From: Podarcis tiliguerta
Lineage: Eukaryota
NCBI GenBank assembly: GCA_965153285.1
Contig: OZ229123.1
Strand: one strand, 5' to 3'
DNA: 64,000 nt
Part shown: positions 63,893-64,000 of the stretch, piece by piece
Numbering within the stretch: the first letter of the stretch is position 1
Layout of the letters: the number at the start of each line of letters is the position of its first letter
Notes under the pieces: model-generated
Databases searched by the model: none
Seen by the model: only the letters and a program-made list of their open reading frames with translations
Told to the model about the DNA's origin: nothing
Translations under genes and position numbers: made by a program

Positions 63893-64000
63893 GCTTCCTG
63901 TGCTAGAGGAAGGGTTGCCTGCCCCAAGTCCCAGGTTCAGCTCCTGGCAGCTCCAGATAAGGCTGCGAAGGGCCGCAGGAGAGGCACAGCTGCAAGTCAG

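Larger units (their letters stand above)
1..64000 (+). other. SDK1: Internal part of the Sidekick-1 gene: 3' part of a long intron through the intron after the Ig6 exon
   Basis: Eight phase-compatible exons give Ig3-Ig6. Peptides WKRNGIKITSG..FGRRL, PYFTTEPESRI.AEVE, NPRYKVL, IPRFLLLESGGLQIAPVF and YVWKKDNV match recalled SDK1 rather than SDK2. Confidence 0.93.

Noticed and set aside
1-64000. CRISPR arrays, operons or prokaryotic defence systems
   Set aside because: The sequence is a vertebrate intron-exon locus with no regularly spaced repeat-spacer structure.

Overview
This window is vertebrate genomic DNA from a squamate reptile, most likely a lacertid lizard, judged from its Sauria/Squam1-like and Squam3-like SINEs and BovB. 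The whole window appears to lie inside the + strand Sidekick-1 (SDK1) gene. Eight GT-AG coding exons (112, 194, 84, 195, 117, 168, 103 and 177 nt; 1150 nt total) splice into one open frame encoding Ig domains 3-6; they correspond to about exons 6-13 of human SDK1, a numbering recalled from memory. The introns hold many transposable elements: CR1, L2, L1, RTE/BovB, Penelope, tRNA-derived SINEs, a solo LTR, Tc1/mariner and hAT MITEs, several of them nested. The most notable unexplained features are: a duplicated 95-bp element and cryptic splice signals in the repeat-free intron between the first two exons; a reconstitutable recursive 5' splice site at the last exon; an ATF4/CEBP site cluster upstream of a Tc1 transposase remnant; a degenerate Penelope hammerhead ribozyme; and a triple-nested RTE/SINE/MITE structure. 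I found no convincing wholly new protein-coding system. All family names come from recall, not database search, and boundaries of repeats lacking TSDs are approximate.
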